Below, in pieces: positions 50,492-59,759 of a stretch of DNA of 64,000 nt. The position numbers and the translations under genes were made by a program. This stretch comes from an uncultured Actinomycetes bacterium (GTDB taxonomy: Bacteria; Actinomycetota; UBA4738; HRBIN12), in contig OY969934.1 in NCBI GenBank assembly GCA_963704725.1, forward strand, positions 2,496,001 to 2,560,000, given 5' to 3'. The stretch's first letter is position 1; each line of letters begins with the position of its first letter. Below the pieces are notes generated by a model. It saw nothing but the letters and a program-made list of their open reading frames with translations, ran no database searches and had not been told where the DNA came from.

Positions 50492-52414
50492 TTACCCGGC
50501 GCCTCCGCCGGTCCCGCCGCCCCCACCACCACCGCCGCCCGAGAACCCGCCCGAGCTGAACCCGCTCGACGAGCTCGAAGACCCGAAACCGCCCGAGCTC
50601 GAGCCCGAGCTCGCGCTCGCGCTCGCCATCGAGTGCAGCACGATCGACGGCGCGGCCGCCTGGAAGCTGTTCCAGGCGTTCAGACCGGCCAGCCCGCTCG
50701 GCCCGCCCGGCAGCGGCGCGCGCAGGCTCTCCACCGGGACGAACGCCTTCACCTGCTTCTCGACCTCCTCCGCCACGTCGAGCGCCACCGCCCACGTCAG
50801 GTACTCGTCCCAGATCACGACGGCGAGCGCCGGCGCGTTCGGCAGGTCGGAGAAGTCCTTCAGGTAGTGGCGGAACGCCGCGAGCCGCATCACGCGCGTC
50901 CGGTCCTCCAGCCCTAGCCGCGCCGGGATGATGCGGAGCGACACGACCAGGCTGACGAGCGACGTCGGGACGAGCCACCACCCCACGGCGCCGCCCACAC
51001 CCCACGCCGCCGTCCACACCCCGTACAGCGCGGCCCCGAACGCCACCACGAACGAGCCCGTCGACTCGATGCGCGCGTCGCCCTTGCGGATCCGCACGAG
51101 CAGGTCCCTGGCCTTGCCCTTCGACGCCTCGAGCCACTTCGACGAGAACGACGCGCCGCCCGGCCGGGGCCGCGGCCTCGACAGCGACACCTCGTCCACC
51201 GCGCGCTCCCCCCGGCCGAACAGCAGCCACAGGAAGTCCTGGTCGGCCTCCGTCGGCAGGTCGAGCGCGTCCATGCGCCGGACGATCGTGAGGTCCTTGG
51301 GATCGGTCACGCGGCCCTCCGCGCGCAGCTCGATCGCTCCGAGGTCGGCCAGTCGCAGGATCTGGGCCCGGTAGGCGTTCTGCGGCGAGAGGTGCCCCCT
51401 CCACGCGGACCACAGCAGCGCCGCGACCACGGCGTCGTCCTCCGGCGGCTGCTCGAGGACCTCGGGAACGTCGGGCACGCGGTCGCGGAGCTTGGCCAAG
51501 ACGACGAACAGCGCGCACACAACCGGAACGAGCAGCAGCAGGTACCCCACCCATCGTCGCTCCGCGTCGTGGCGCGATCGCAGGGCGTTCGCCTCCTCGG
51601 CCCACACGCGCTCCTGCGCGAGGATCGCATCGAGCTGAGATCCGGGCTGCTGAGCGCCGTACGGCACCACGGACGGTGGGAACAGGATCGAGCCCTCCAG
51701 GATCGAACGCGGCGGCACGTCGCGCGCCTTCAGCCGGATCGTCGAGGGGTCGACGAACGTCACCTCCCCGTTCAGCGGCCCGTGTCCGAACGCGCGCACC
51801 TGGCCGCGCTCGAGCGGTGTTCCGCCGGTGAGCGGTGCGGACCGCGGACCGTCCGGCTCGCACGTGTACGGGGGCGTTGCCAGCATCTGGACGGCATCGG
51901 GCAGGTGGATCGTGACCACCGCGTGATCCGTGACCTTCTCCCACCCCGTCCCGATGAACTGCCAGTACAGGTGCGCGGTGTCCTGGTACACGTTCACCGC
52001 GCACGCCACGCGGTAGCGGAACACCCAGGTGCGCGTCTCGTCCTCGGCCTCGTACGACCACTGCGCCTGGAAGCCGTTCGTCGCGATGGAGTGGCTCGCG
52101 TAGTCCGGCTCCACCGGGACCTCACCGCCGTCCTGGCGCACCTCGGCGATCGAGAAGTCCCGGAGGTGGTCCAGAGGATCGTCCACGTTGAAGTAGGCGA
52201 ACGTGAAGGGCCCGTTGCGGAACTCGAAGGTCCGGCGCTCCTCGAGCACGAGATCGCCGTTCGGCCGAACCGTGGCGTCGATCCGGACCTCGGGGAATCG
52301 GTAGTCCTTCTCGACGGCGTGGCCGATGACGGGAGGCAGCCACGCCCCGGCCGTGGTCAGGGCCAGGAACACGAGCACGCCGAGCCAGGCCAGCGCGCGC
52401 TTGAGAGCCCTCAC
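50492..52414 (-). CDS. DUF2207 membrane protein with a Gly/Ser-rich C-terminus
   Basis: LYWQFIG.GW, FGHGPL.G, WDEYL.WAVAL.V and terminal GGFSGGGGGGGGG. Confidence 0.9.
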   Translation of the reverse strand: MRALKRALAWLGVLVFLALTTAGAWLPPVIGHAVEKDYRFPEVRIDATVRPNGDLVLEERRTFEFRNGPFTFAYFNVDDPLDHLRDFSIAEVRQDGGEVPVEPDYASHSIATNGFQAQWSYEAEDETRTWVFRYRVACAVNVYQDTAHLYWQFIGTGWEKVTDHAVVTIHLPDAVQMLATPPYTCEPDGPRSAPLTGGTPLERGQVRAFGHGPLNGEVTFVDPSTIRLKARDVPPRSILEGSILFPPSVVPYGAQQPGSQLDAILAQERVWAEEANALRSRHDAERRWVGYLLLLVPVVCALFVVLAKLRDRVPDVPEVLEQPPEDDAVVAALLWSAWRGHLSPQNAYRAQILRLADLGAIELRAEGRVTDPKDLTIVRRMDALDLPTEADQDFLWLLFGRGERAVDEVSLSRPRPRPGGASFSSKWLEASKGKARDLLVRIRKGDARIESTGSFVVAFGAALYGVWTAAWGVGGAVGWWLVPTSLVSLVVSLRIIPARLGLEDRTRVMRLAAFRHYLKDFSDLPNAPALAVVIWDEYLTWAVALDVAEEVEKQVKAFVPVESLRAPLPGGPSGLAGLNAWNSFQAAAPSIVLHSMASASASSGSSSGGFGSSSSSSGFSSGGFSGGGGGGGGGTGGGAG

Positions 52415-52538
52415 CTCGAGACGGAGTGTACGAAGCCGGGACCAACGGTCCTGTCCGGAAGGTCCGGTCGGCCCGTGCCGCGGGTTGCTTCAGGCAGGAA
52501 CGTTTGCCAGGCAACCGACCAGGGGAGGCTCCGACCCG

Positions 52539-52919
52539 ATGCTGCAGCTCGCGACCGGTGCGCTGCTGATCCTGCACGGTCTCGTCCACCTCGGCTACGT
52601 CTCGCCCAAGCCGGACGACCCACGCTACCCGTTCGCCCCGCAGCGGGCGTGGATCGTCTCGGCCGCGCACGTCGAGGTCGGCCTCGCCAGGACGCTGTTC
52701 GCCGCCCTCGCGGCCGTGGTCGTGACCGCGTTCACGGTCGCCGGGATCGGGCTCTTCGCGGGTGCCGGCTGGTGGCAGGTCGCCGCGACGGTGGGCGCGA
52801 TCGCGTCGGTCGTCGAGCTCCTGCTCGGCTTCCATCTGTGGCTCGTGCTCGGCATCGCGATCGACGTGGTCATCGTGGCGGGCATCGCCGCGCAGTGGCC
52901 GGCGGGGCTGTGGTCGTGA
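52539..52919 (+). CDS. Small four-TM membrane protein
   Basis: GGGGAGG SD, HGLVH motif and hydrophobic segments. Confidence 0.75.
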   Translation: MLQLATGALLILHGLVHLGYVSPKPDDPRYPFAPQRAWIVSAAHVEVGLARTLFAALAAVVVTAFTVAGIGLFAGAGWWQVAATVGAIASVVELLLGFHLWLVLGIAIDVVIVAGIAAQWPAGLWS

Positions 52920-53380
52920 CGGCGAACCGGATCGTCTCGCGGTTGGTCGGCATCGTCCTGCGGTCCCCGCTGCACGGCCTCCTCAGTCACCGGCTGCTGC
53001 TGCTGACGGTGATCGGCCGGCAGAGCGGACGGTGGTACACGTTCCCCGTCCGGTACACGACGGACGGTCGCACCATCACGGTCGTCGCCGCGCCGGCGGA
53101 CCACACGACGTGGTGGTTGAACGCGGTTCGTCCCGCCCCGGTCGTGATGCGGATCCGCGGACGCGACCGCAACGGCATCGCCCAGGTGATGTGGGAGCGG
53201 GACGAGAGTGACCGCGCGCTGGCGCGCTACGCGATCGCCTTCCGGCGCACCACGCGCCACCAGCGGCTCATCGCCCTGAGCGAGCCGGCGGGCCGCGGCG
53301 GGGTGGCCGTCGCCACCGTGGCGGTCCGGTTCCGCGACCTCGTCGTCGTCGAGATCCGGCCCACCGTCGACCTCGGCTGA
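52916..53380 (+). CDS. F420-dependent nitroreductase (Ddn/FDOR-A)-like protein
   Basis: LRSPLH.LLS..LLLLTV.GR.SGR.YTFPV.Y and WW.N; GTGA overlap with the upstream gene. Confidence 0.8.
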   Translation: MTANRIVSRLVGIVLRSPLHGLLSHRLLLLTVIGRQSGRWYTFPVRYTTDGRTITVVAAPADHTTWWLNAVRPAPVVMRIRGRDRNGIAQVMWERDESDRALARYAIAFRRTTRHQRLIALSEPAGRGGVAVATVAVRFRDLVVVEIRPTVDLG

Positions 53381-53417
53381 GTCGCCGGCGCGCGACACTC
53401 GATACCGTTCGGGCCCG

Positions 53418-54215
53418 ATGGCCCGACGCTCGACGCTCGCCACGTGGCTCGCCGTTCTCGGCGGCCTGTCCATCGCCCTCGGCGTCCTCGGCCTTTGGGC
53501 CCAGCGAACGATCGGCGACCCGGAGACCCTGGCCGGGCTGGCCGGGGAGATCCTCGATCAGCCGGAGATCCGCACCCAGCTCGCCGTCGTGATCGTCGAC
53601 CCCGTCCTCGATCGCGCCACGCCCGAGATCCGGGAGCAGCGCGCGTTCCTCGTCACCACGACGGCCTCCGTCCTGGGCGACGCGAGGTTCGTCCCCGTGT
53701 TCCAGGGCGTGCTCCGCCGCGCGGCCACCGACCTCGTGGACGGCGACGGCCCGGTCCGCCTCGACCTGCGGCGCCCCCTCGACCTCGTCGTCACGCAGGT
53801 CGAGCCGATCTCGCCCGAGCTGGCCGACCAGCTCGCGGCGATCGAGCCGCCCTCCCCCGAGGTGATCTCGAGCGGGCAGGCCGACCGGCTCCGCGGCGTC
53901 ATCGAGTTCGAACGCACCGTGAGCGTGGCCCTGCTCGTGGCCGGGGGGGCGCTCGCGCTCGTCGCCGTGCTCCGAGGCGGGCCGCGAGCCCTCCTGCCCT
54001 TCGGCGCGACGCTGGCGGGCGCCTCCCTCGTGCTGTTCGGGAGCCTGCTCCTCGGCCGGTCGCTCCTGCTGTCGGACATCCATCCCGCGGATCGCGCGGA
54101 CGCCGCCGCCGCCGCGTGGGACATCGTGATCGGCGACCTCCGCACGGCGCTGCTGGTCTCGGCGGGCGCCGGCGCCGTTGCCGTCGTCGCGGGCGGGGCG
54201 TTCGGCCGGCGTTAG
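53418..54215 (+). CDS. Hypothetical membrane protein
   Basis: N-terminal TM, a loop and three C-terminal TM segments; TACCGT box upstream. Confidence 0.75.
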   Translation: MARRSTLATWLAVLGGLSIALGVLGLWAQRTIGDPETLAGLAGEILDQPEIRTQLAVVIVDPVLDRATPEIREQRAFLVTTTASVLGDARFVPVFQGVLRRAATDLVDGDGPVRLDLRRPLDLVVTQVEPISPELADQLAAIEPPSPEVISSGQADRLRGVIEFERTVSVALLVAGGALALVAVLRGGPRALLPFGATLAGASLVLFGSLLLGRSLLLSDIHPADRADAAAAAWDIVIGDLRTALLVSAGAGAVAVVAGGAFGRR

Positions 54216-56158
54216 CCGGGCGCGAGGAGGAAGACGCTGCCCGGCCGCTCGTCGACGCCGGTGTTCATCGCCACGATCTCGCCGAGCGTGTGGTTGGCGT
54301 CGATGCCGAACTCGCGCTCGATGATCGCCAGGCTGGGGTCGTTCCGGTAGAAGAACCGGTCGCCGTCGCGGAGCGCCAGGAACTGCCGCGTCCACATCGC
54401 GCGCTGGAGCTCGCCGAACTCCGAGCCCCGCACGTGGTGCTCGGCGAGCATCCCGACGAACGCATCGAGTCGGTCGACCGAGCCGTAGATCGCCTTCAGC
54501 CGCGACGCGAGCGTCGAGCGCCGCACGGCCGTGACCGCGTCCTCGTCGGCGGCCTCGGTGCTCGGCCGGACGCGGCGGCCGTCGGCGTCCGACAGCTCCA
54601 TGAAGTCGAGGATCCTGGGGTCGTCGATCCACCCTCCGTGGCGCCCCTCCTCGTACTCCTGCGTGTCCTCGCCGGTGATCTGGGTGAACGAGGTCACCGG
54701 CGCGAGCCCGTAGACCCGCCGCAGGTCGTTGTACGTGGGCATGCCGTGGTCGCGGCCGCGCTCGATGTCCACCGCGCCGAGGTCGAGCACCGTGCGGAAG
54801 CACTCGGCCATGGGCGGCCCGTCCAGGCACTCGGCCGGATCCTCGACGCCGGGGCCGGGGATCTGAAACAGCACGCTGCGCAGCTGGTTGTCGATCATCT
54901 CGTCGTTGCGGTACTCGCGCTCGGCGCCGAGCCCGGCCAGGACGTGGTCGAGCCCGATCGCCTCGAGCAGGTCGGGGTTGCCGAACGCCAGGCCGAGCGG
55001 CACCTCCATCTCAACCTCGTCGTCGCTCCGGGCGACCTCGACGCCGAACGACTCGAGGCGGTCGAGCGTCTCCGGCGAGAGGTCGCCCGCCTCCGCCTCC
55101 GCGTCGATCGTGCCGTGGATCATGCTGTGGGCCCGGTACCCCACGGTGGCGAACTCGTTCGAGAGCGTCGTCTCGACGGTGGGGTCGTAGCCCGTGTAGG
55201 GAGGCAGGTCGATCCCCACGGCGGGCAGGAACTCCTCGTACGTGACCCGCTGGATCTCCGCGATGACGACGCGCCGGGCGATCTGGAACTTGACCTCCTC
55301 GGGCAGGTCGTTCGGGAGCGCGTCCACGATCCGGTTGTGCTCCCGGGCGAACAGCGTGTGCAGCGCGGTGAGCGCGATGTTCTCGTTGGCCCGCATGTCC
55401 CCGGCGACGACGGCCCGCTGCGGCGAGGCCTGGAGCTGGCCCATGAGCTCCATCTGCGGGGCCGTCCCCGCGCGGTCCTCCGCGCGAGGCAGGTACCCCG
55501 CGCTCGACAGGAGCAGGCGCGCGCCGTTGTTCGACAGGTCGCCCTCGATCGGTCCCTCGCGCAGCCACTCCAACCGGCGTGCGGTGCCGCCGTAGATCGC
55601 CCAGCCGTCGAGGTACGAGCTCACCGTGTTGACCTGTTCGCGCGGCGAGACCCGCCCGGTCCCAGGAGCCGCCCGCGACCGCTCGAAGTCGATCACCCCG
55701 AGATCGTCGGTGAAGGACTCGAGCCGGTCCCGGCGGTCGAACGGGATCGGCGTGCTCACGCCGCCGGACTCGCGCAGGCCGAAGGTGTGATCGAGGAACT
55801 GTCCCCACGTGAAGGCCCACTGCGTCACGCCGTTCTCCGAGAACAGGTTCTGGCCGATGTCGTTGAAGATCCGGTTGCTCACGTACCGCGGCGGCGGGCC
55901 GTCGACCATCGCGCCGATCCCGTCGGCGTAGTTCGGCGCCGCCACGCGCACGTAGGGCCGGTTCGCCCGCCCCCACTCGGGATGCCGGACGTTGTTGCCG
56001 TTGCCGTCGAGGCTCTCGACGCCGTCCGGGAAGATCTCGGCGAGCGTGGCGGCGACGTCGGGGGCGACCCCCTCCGGATCGTCCGGCGCCGTGGCCGCGG
56101 ACGGGTCGGGCGAGCCCCACGTGCACGCGCCCGTCGCCAGCGCCGCGGCGAGCAGCAC
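54212..56158 (-). CDS. Heme peroxidase of the peroxidase-cyclooxygenase (animal-type) superfamily, probable lipoprotein
   Basis: DG..NN..HP.WG, PR.VSN, WGQFLDH (distal His), GDMRANEN, REHN, YRAHS (proximal His), RGRDHG and RDGDRFFY. The true start is probably upstream of 56158. Confidence 0.93.
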   Translation of the reverse strand: MLLAAALATGACTWGSPDPSAATAPDDPEGVAPDVAATLAEIFPDGVESLDGNGNNVRHPEWGRANRPYVRVAAPNYADGIGAMVDGPPPRYVSNRIFNDIGQNLFSENGVTQWAFTWGQFLDHTFGLRESGGVSTPIPFDRRDRLESFTDDLGVIDFERSRAAPGTGRVSPREQVNTVSSYLDGWAIYGGTARRLEWLREGPIEGDLSNNGARLLLSSAGYLPRAEDRAGTAPQMELMGQLQASPQRAVVAGDMRANENIALTALHTLFAREHNRIVDALPNDLPEEVKFQIARRVVIAEIQRVTYEEFLPAVGIDLPPYTGYDPTVETTLSNEFATVGYRAHSMIHGTIDAEAEAGDLSPETLDRLESFGVEVARSDDEVEMEVPLGLAFGNPDLLEAIGLDHVLAGLGAEREYRNDEMIDNQLRSVLFQIPGPGVEDPAECLDGPPMAECFRTVLDLGAVDIERGRDHGMPTYNDLRRVYGLAPVTSFTQITGEDTQEYEEGRHGGWIDDPRILDFMELSDADGRRVRPSTEAADEDAVTAVRRSTLASRLKAIYGSVDRLDAFVGMLAEHHVRGSEFGELQRAMWTRQFLALRDGDRFFYRNDPSLAIIEREFGIDANHTLGEIVAMNTGVDERPGSVFLLAPG

Positions 56159-56276
56159 GGCGACCGTCGGGCGGAAGCGGCGGCGGCGGGCGGAGGGTGC
56201 GATAGCGCCGCATCCTAGCCGAGCCGGTCGAGGCGCGGGCTGGGCGACGCCTGCCGGCGAGCCGCTCCCGGCTGCC

Positions 56277-57779
56277 CTACCGGGCCGCCGGCGACAGCCG
56301 GATCAGCGCCTCCAGCACCCGGTCGACGTCGTCGGGCGTGGACAGGTAGTTCACGATCCCGGCCCGCAGGTAGGTCCGGCCGCGCAGGCGGGTCGTCGAG
56401 ACCCAACCGGTCCCATCGACCTCGAGCGCGCGCTGAAGGCGGTCCTGGTAGGCGTCGAGCTCCTCGCCGTCCAGGCCCCCGGGCAGGTGGCGCAGGCACA
56501 CCACGGAGAGCTCGGGGCGCGCCGGCGCGACCTCGAACCCCCCGAGCTCCTCGCACCGCCGGACCATGTGCGCAGCGAGGTCGTTCGTGAGCTCGATCAG
56601 GCGGCCGAACCCCTCACTCCCCAGGTGCTTCCACGACATCCACAGCTTCAGCGCACGGAACCGGCGCGTGCCCTCGAGCGTGTACTGGTACCAGTTGAGC
56701 GGCGCGTCCTTCGGCGAGCGGTAGTACTCGGGCTCGCGGTGGAACGTCCTCAGCAGGTCCTCGCGCCGCCGCACGACCAGCCCGCCGATGTCGTACGCCT
56801 GGAAGAACCACTTGTGCGGGTCGATCGTCACGCTGTCGGCGCGCTCGAGGTCCGGAACGCGCCCGGCGTCGCGAGGCGAGAGGCGGGCGGCGCCCCCATA
56901 CGCAGCGTCGACGTGCAGCCACAGGCCGTGCCGTCCGGCCACGTCCGCGAGCTCGCCGACCAGGTCGACCGAGCCGGTGTTCGTGGAGCCCGAGACGGCC
57001 GAGATCGCGAACGGCACGAGTCCCGCCGCGCGGTCCTCCTCGATCGCGGCCTCCACGGGCCCGCCGTGGAGCCGGAACGCGTCATCCGAGGCGATCACCC
57101 GGAGCGTCCCCTCCGGGAACCCCAGCACGTCGAGGGCCCGGGCGATCGAGAAGTGGGTCTGGTCGCTCGCGTACACGCGGGCGTTCTCCAGGTCCCGACC
57201 CCGGGGCGGCTCGCGCAGGTCGAGCAGGCGCGCCAGGTGGACGTCGCGGGCCGCGGTCATCGCCATCACGTTCGCCATGACGCCGCCCGAGGTGAGGACC
57301 CCCCAGCTCCCCTCGCCCATCCCGACGAGGTCGCGCAGCCACGCCGTGACCTCCTCCTCGACGAGCGCGCCGACCGGGCCGGCGGCCCACACGTCGACGC
57401 CCTGGTGCATCCACTGGCCAAGGACCTCGCCGCCGATCGACAGCGGCAGCGGCGGCGCGGTGAAGTAGCTGAACGCGCCGGGGTGCTGCGCGTTGAAGAC
57501 GTAGGGCGCCACGCGCTCGCGGAACTCGCGAAGGAGCGCGTCCGACGTCGACGGGCCGCTCGGGGGCGGCGACGGCTCGCTCGAGGGACCGAAGAACCGG
57601 CGTCGCATCTCCGGGTACGAGTCCGGAGCGACCGGGCGTCGCATCGCCTCGCCGTAGACGTAGTCGAGGCTGGCGTCCCACACCGCCGCCCCGAACGCCT
57701 CGAGCGCCGCCCGGGCCCGGGCCGGGTCGCGGAACCCGATCAGCTCGGGCTCCGGGTGCCACGCGAACGGGTCGCTCAC
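56277..57779 (-). CDS. Group II PLP-dependent amino-acid decarboxylase (DDC/GAD family)
   Basis: GVLTSGG, SDQTHFS, GSTNTGSVD, HVDAAYGG, DPHKW (PLP Lys) and RRFRALKLW. Confidence 0.93.
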   Translation of the reverse strand: MSDPFAWHPEPELIGFRDPARARAALEAFGAAVWDASLDYVYGEAMRRPVAPDSYPEMRRRFFGPSSEPSPPPSGPSTSDALLREFRERVAPYVFNAQHPGAFSYFTAPPLPLSIGGEVLGQWMHQGVDVWAAGPVGALVEEEVTAWLRDLVGMGEGSWGVLTSGGVMANVMAMTAARDVHLARLLDLREPPRGRDLENARVYASDQTHFSIARALDVLGFPEGTLRVIASDDAFRLHGGPVEAAIEEDRAAGLVPFAISAVSGSTNTGSVDLVGELADVAGRHGLWLHVDAAYGGAARLSPRDAGRVPDLERADSVTIDPHKWFFQAYDIGGLVVRRREDLLRTFHREPEYYRSPKDAPLNWYQYTLEGTRRFRALKLWMSWKHLGSEGFGRLIELTNDLAAHMVRRCEELGGFEVAPARPELSVVCLRHLPGGLDGEELDAYQDRLQRALEVDGTGWVSTTRLRGRTYLRAGIVNYLSTPDDVDRVLEALIRLSPAAR

Positions 57780-57789
57780 GCGCCGCAGA

Positions 57790-58368
57790 CTATCCGCCCG
57801 GGGCGGCCTCGCCAGCGTGCGATGCATCGGCCGGGGGCGGGGCGGGCGCGTTCCGCCGTCGCTCATGGTGGCGCGCCACCCGGACGCGGTTCCCGCACGC
57901 CGCCGAGCACCACACCCGGCCCGGCCTCGCCGAGACGAACACGCGGCCGCACCGCGGGGCGGGACAGACCCGCAGCCGGGCCTCGCCCCCGACGAGCTCG
58001 ATCGCCGACCGCGCGATCCGGGCGAACAGCCGCGCGGCGTCGGAGGCCGGCTGCACCTCCACCCGGCGCGCCTCGGCGCCGTCGAGCTCGAGCTCGACAT
58101 GGACGGGCGCCGCGGCGCTCGCCGCGTTCAGACGCTCGGCGGCATCCGGAGGAACGGGGCGCCCCTCGGCCGCGGCCACCAGCACCGAGCGAACCGCCTC
58201 ACGGAGCGCCCGGAAGTCGGCCAGGCGCAACGCGAGGACGGGCGACTCGACGTCCAGGTTGCCGAGCCAGCCTTCCAGCTCCCGGGGGCTCGTCAGGAGG
58301 TCGCGTTCGGCGTCGGCACGCCCCAGGAGCGTGGCGGCCAGCTCGAGCGCCGGGTTGGCTTCTCGCAT
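57790..58368 (-). CDS. ABATE / CGNR zinc-finger protein
   Basis: ALELAAT, D.L....L..WL, LREAV, LN; C....C...F........WCS..CGNRVRVARH. Confidence 0.92.
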   Translation of the reverse strand: MREANPALELAATLLGRADAERDLLTSPRELEGWLGNLDVESPVLALRLADFRALREAVRSVLVAAAEGRPVPPDAAERLNAASAAAPVHVELELDGAEARRVEVQPASDAARLFARIARSAIELVGGEARLRVCPAPRCGRVFVSARPGRVWCSAACGNRVRVARHHERRRNAPAPPPADASHAGEAAPGG

Positions 58369-58374
58369 GGAGAC

Positions 58375-58393
58375 ATGCTATACCGTCGGTATA
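58375..58393 (-). promoter_or_regulatory. Leaderless promoter (-10 TAGCAT) overlapped by the palindrome TATACCG-N-CGGTATA
   Basis: Perfect 7-1-7 inverted repeat at 58379-58393 in an AT-rich gap. TAGCAT ends 6 nt before ATG 58368. Confidence 0.6.
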
Positions 58394-58442
58394 TCCATTT
58401 CCAGTGTCTTGCTGAGCTAATGGTAACTTTGCCAGTCAGACC

Positions 58443-59726
58443 CTAAGCGGACGGGTGCGACGCGTCGTAGTCACGGAAGGCCGGCACGAACAGCGCGTGC
58501 GCCGCCACCCCCAGCACGCACAGGATCCCGCCCGAGACGATCGAGACCGGCACCGTGGTGAGCGACGCCACCACGCCGGCCTCGACGTTGCCGAGGGAGG
58601 GCCCCGTCGCCCACACGGCCAGGCCCATGCCCTCCAGGCGGCCGCGGAGCTCGTCGGAGACCACGGTCTGCCCGATGGTGGTGCGGAACACGCCGCTCAC
58701 CATGTCGCCGGCCCCGGCCACGGCCAGGAGGACCAGGCAGAGCCACAGCGTCTGCGACAGCCCGAACCCCACGATGGCCAGGCCCCACACCGCGACCGAG
58801 ATCAAGATGGCGCGGCCCTGGCGCCGGACCCGCTTGGCTCCCCCGCTGAGCAGGGTCGCCAGCAGGCTGCCCGCGGCCGGCGCCGCGTACAGCAGGCCGA
58901 GCAACCCCGGCCCGATCCGCAACCGGCGGGCGACGGCCGGGAACAGCGCCGTCGGCATGCCGAACACCATCGCGTTCAGGTCGATCGTGAACGTGGACAG
59001 CAGGACCCGCTTGCCCTTGAGGAAGCGCAGCCCCTCGCGGATCGCCCTCCACCCCGCTGGCGGGCTCTCGTCCGCGGGCGGCGACGGACGCATCCGCGAC
59101 AGGCAGGCCAGCGCGACGAGGAACGTGGCCACGTCCACCAGGTACGCGCCCGACGGCTCGACCGCCGCGATCAGCCCTCCGGCGAGCGCCGGTCCGGCCA
59201 GCGCGTCGAGGTTGTAGTACGCGGTCACGATGGCGAACGCCGACGGCAGCAGCTCCGTCTCGACGAGTCGCGCCGGCCATGCCCGCACCGCCGGCGAGAA
59301 CAACCCGTACAGGCCCGCGTTCAGCGTCGCCACGACGTACAGGACCCACAGCTTCGGTTGGGGCAGGAAGGCGTTCGCCGCGAGCGCCAGCGAGAGCAGC
59401 GCCAGGATGGCGTTCACGACGAGCACGAGGCGCCGGCGCTCGACGGTGTCGGCGATCATGCCACCGATCACCGGCGTGAACAGCAGCGGCGCCAGGTCGC
59501 ACAGACCGAGCAGCCCCACCGCCAGCGTCGAGCCCGTGAGCTGGAACACCTGGAACGGCACGGTCACGAACGTGATCTCGTTGCCGAGGTCGGACACGGC
59601 CATGCCGGCGAACAGCAGGCGGAAGTCCCCCGACGCCCGCAGCGGCGTGAGGTCGATGAGGTGGTGCCGGATCCGCGCCAGCCCGCTCGGCCGGGGTTCC
59701 GGCGGCTCGAGCCGCTCCCCGCCCAC
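58443..59726 (-). CDS. MFS transporter (EntS/DHA3-like)
   Basis: DLTPLR...FRLLF, TGSTLAVGLLG, AD...RR, DLNAMVFGMP.ALFP and DELRGRL. Confidence 0.92.
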   Translation of the reverse strand: MGGERLEPPEPRPSGLARIRHHLIDLTPLRASGDFRLLFAGMAVSDLGNEITFVTVPFQVFQLTGSTLAVGLLGLCDLAPLLFTPVIGGMIADTVERRRLVLVVNAILALLSLALAANAFLPQPKLWVLYVVATLNAGLYGLFSPAVRAWPARLVETELLPSAFAIVTAYYNLDALAGPALAGGLIAAVEPSGAYLVDVATFLVALACLSRMRPSPPADESPPAGWRAIREGLRFLKGKRVLLSTFTIDLNAMVFGMPTALFPAVARRLRIGPGLLGLLYAAPAAGSLLATLLSGGAKRVRRQGRAILISVAVWGLAIVGFGLSQTLWLCLVLLAVAGAGDMVSGVFRTTIGQTVVSDELRGRLEGMGLAVWATGPSLGNVEAGVVASLTTVPVSIVSGGILCVLGVAAHALFVPAFRDYDASHPSA

Positions 59727-59759
59727 GCCACACGGTAGCCGACGGCGCGCCGGCGCTCG

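Noticed and set aside
50495-50625. Low-complexity CCG/GAGCTC repeats
   Set aside because: They encode the standard Gly/Ser-rich tail of DUF2207 proteins.
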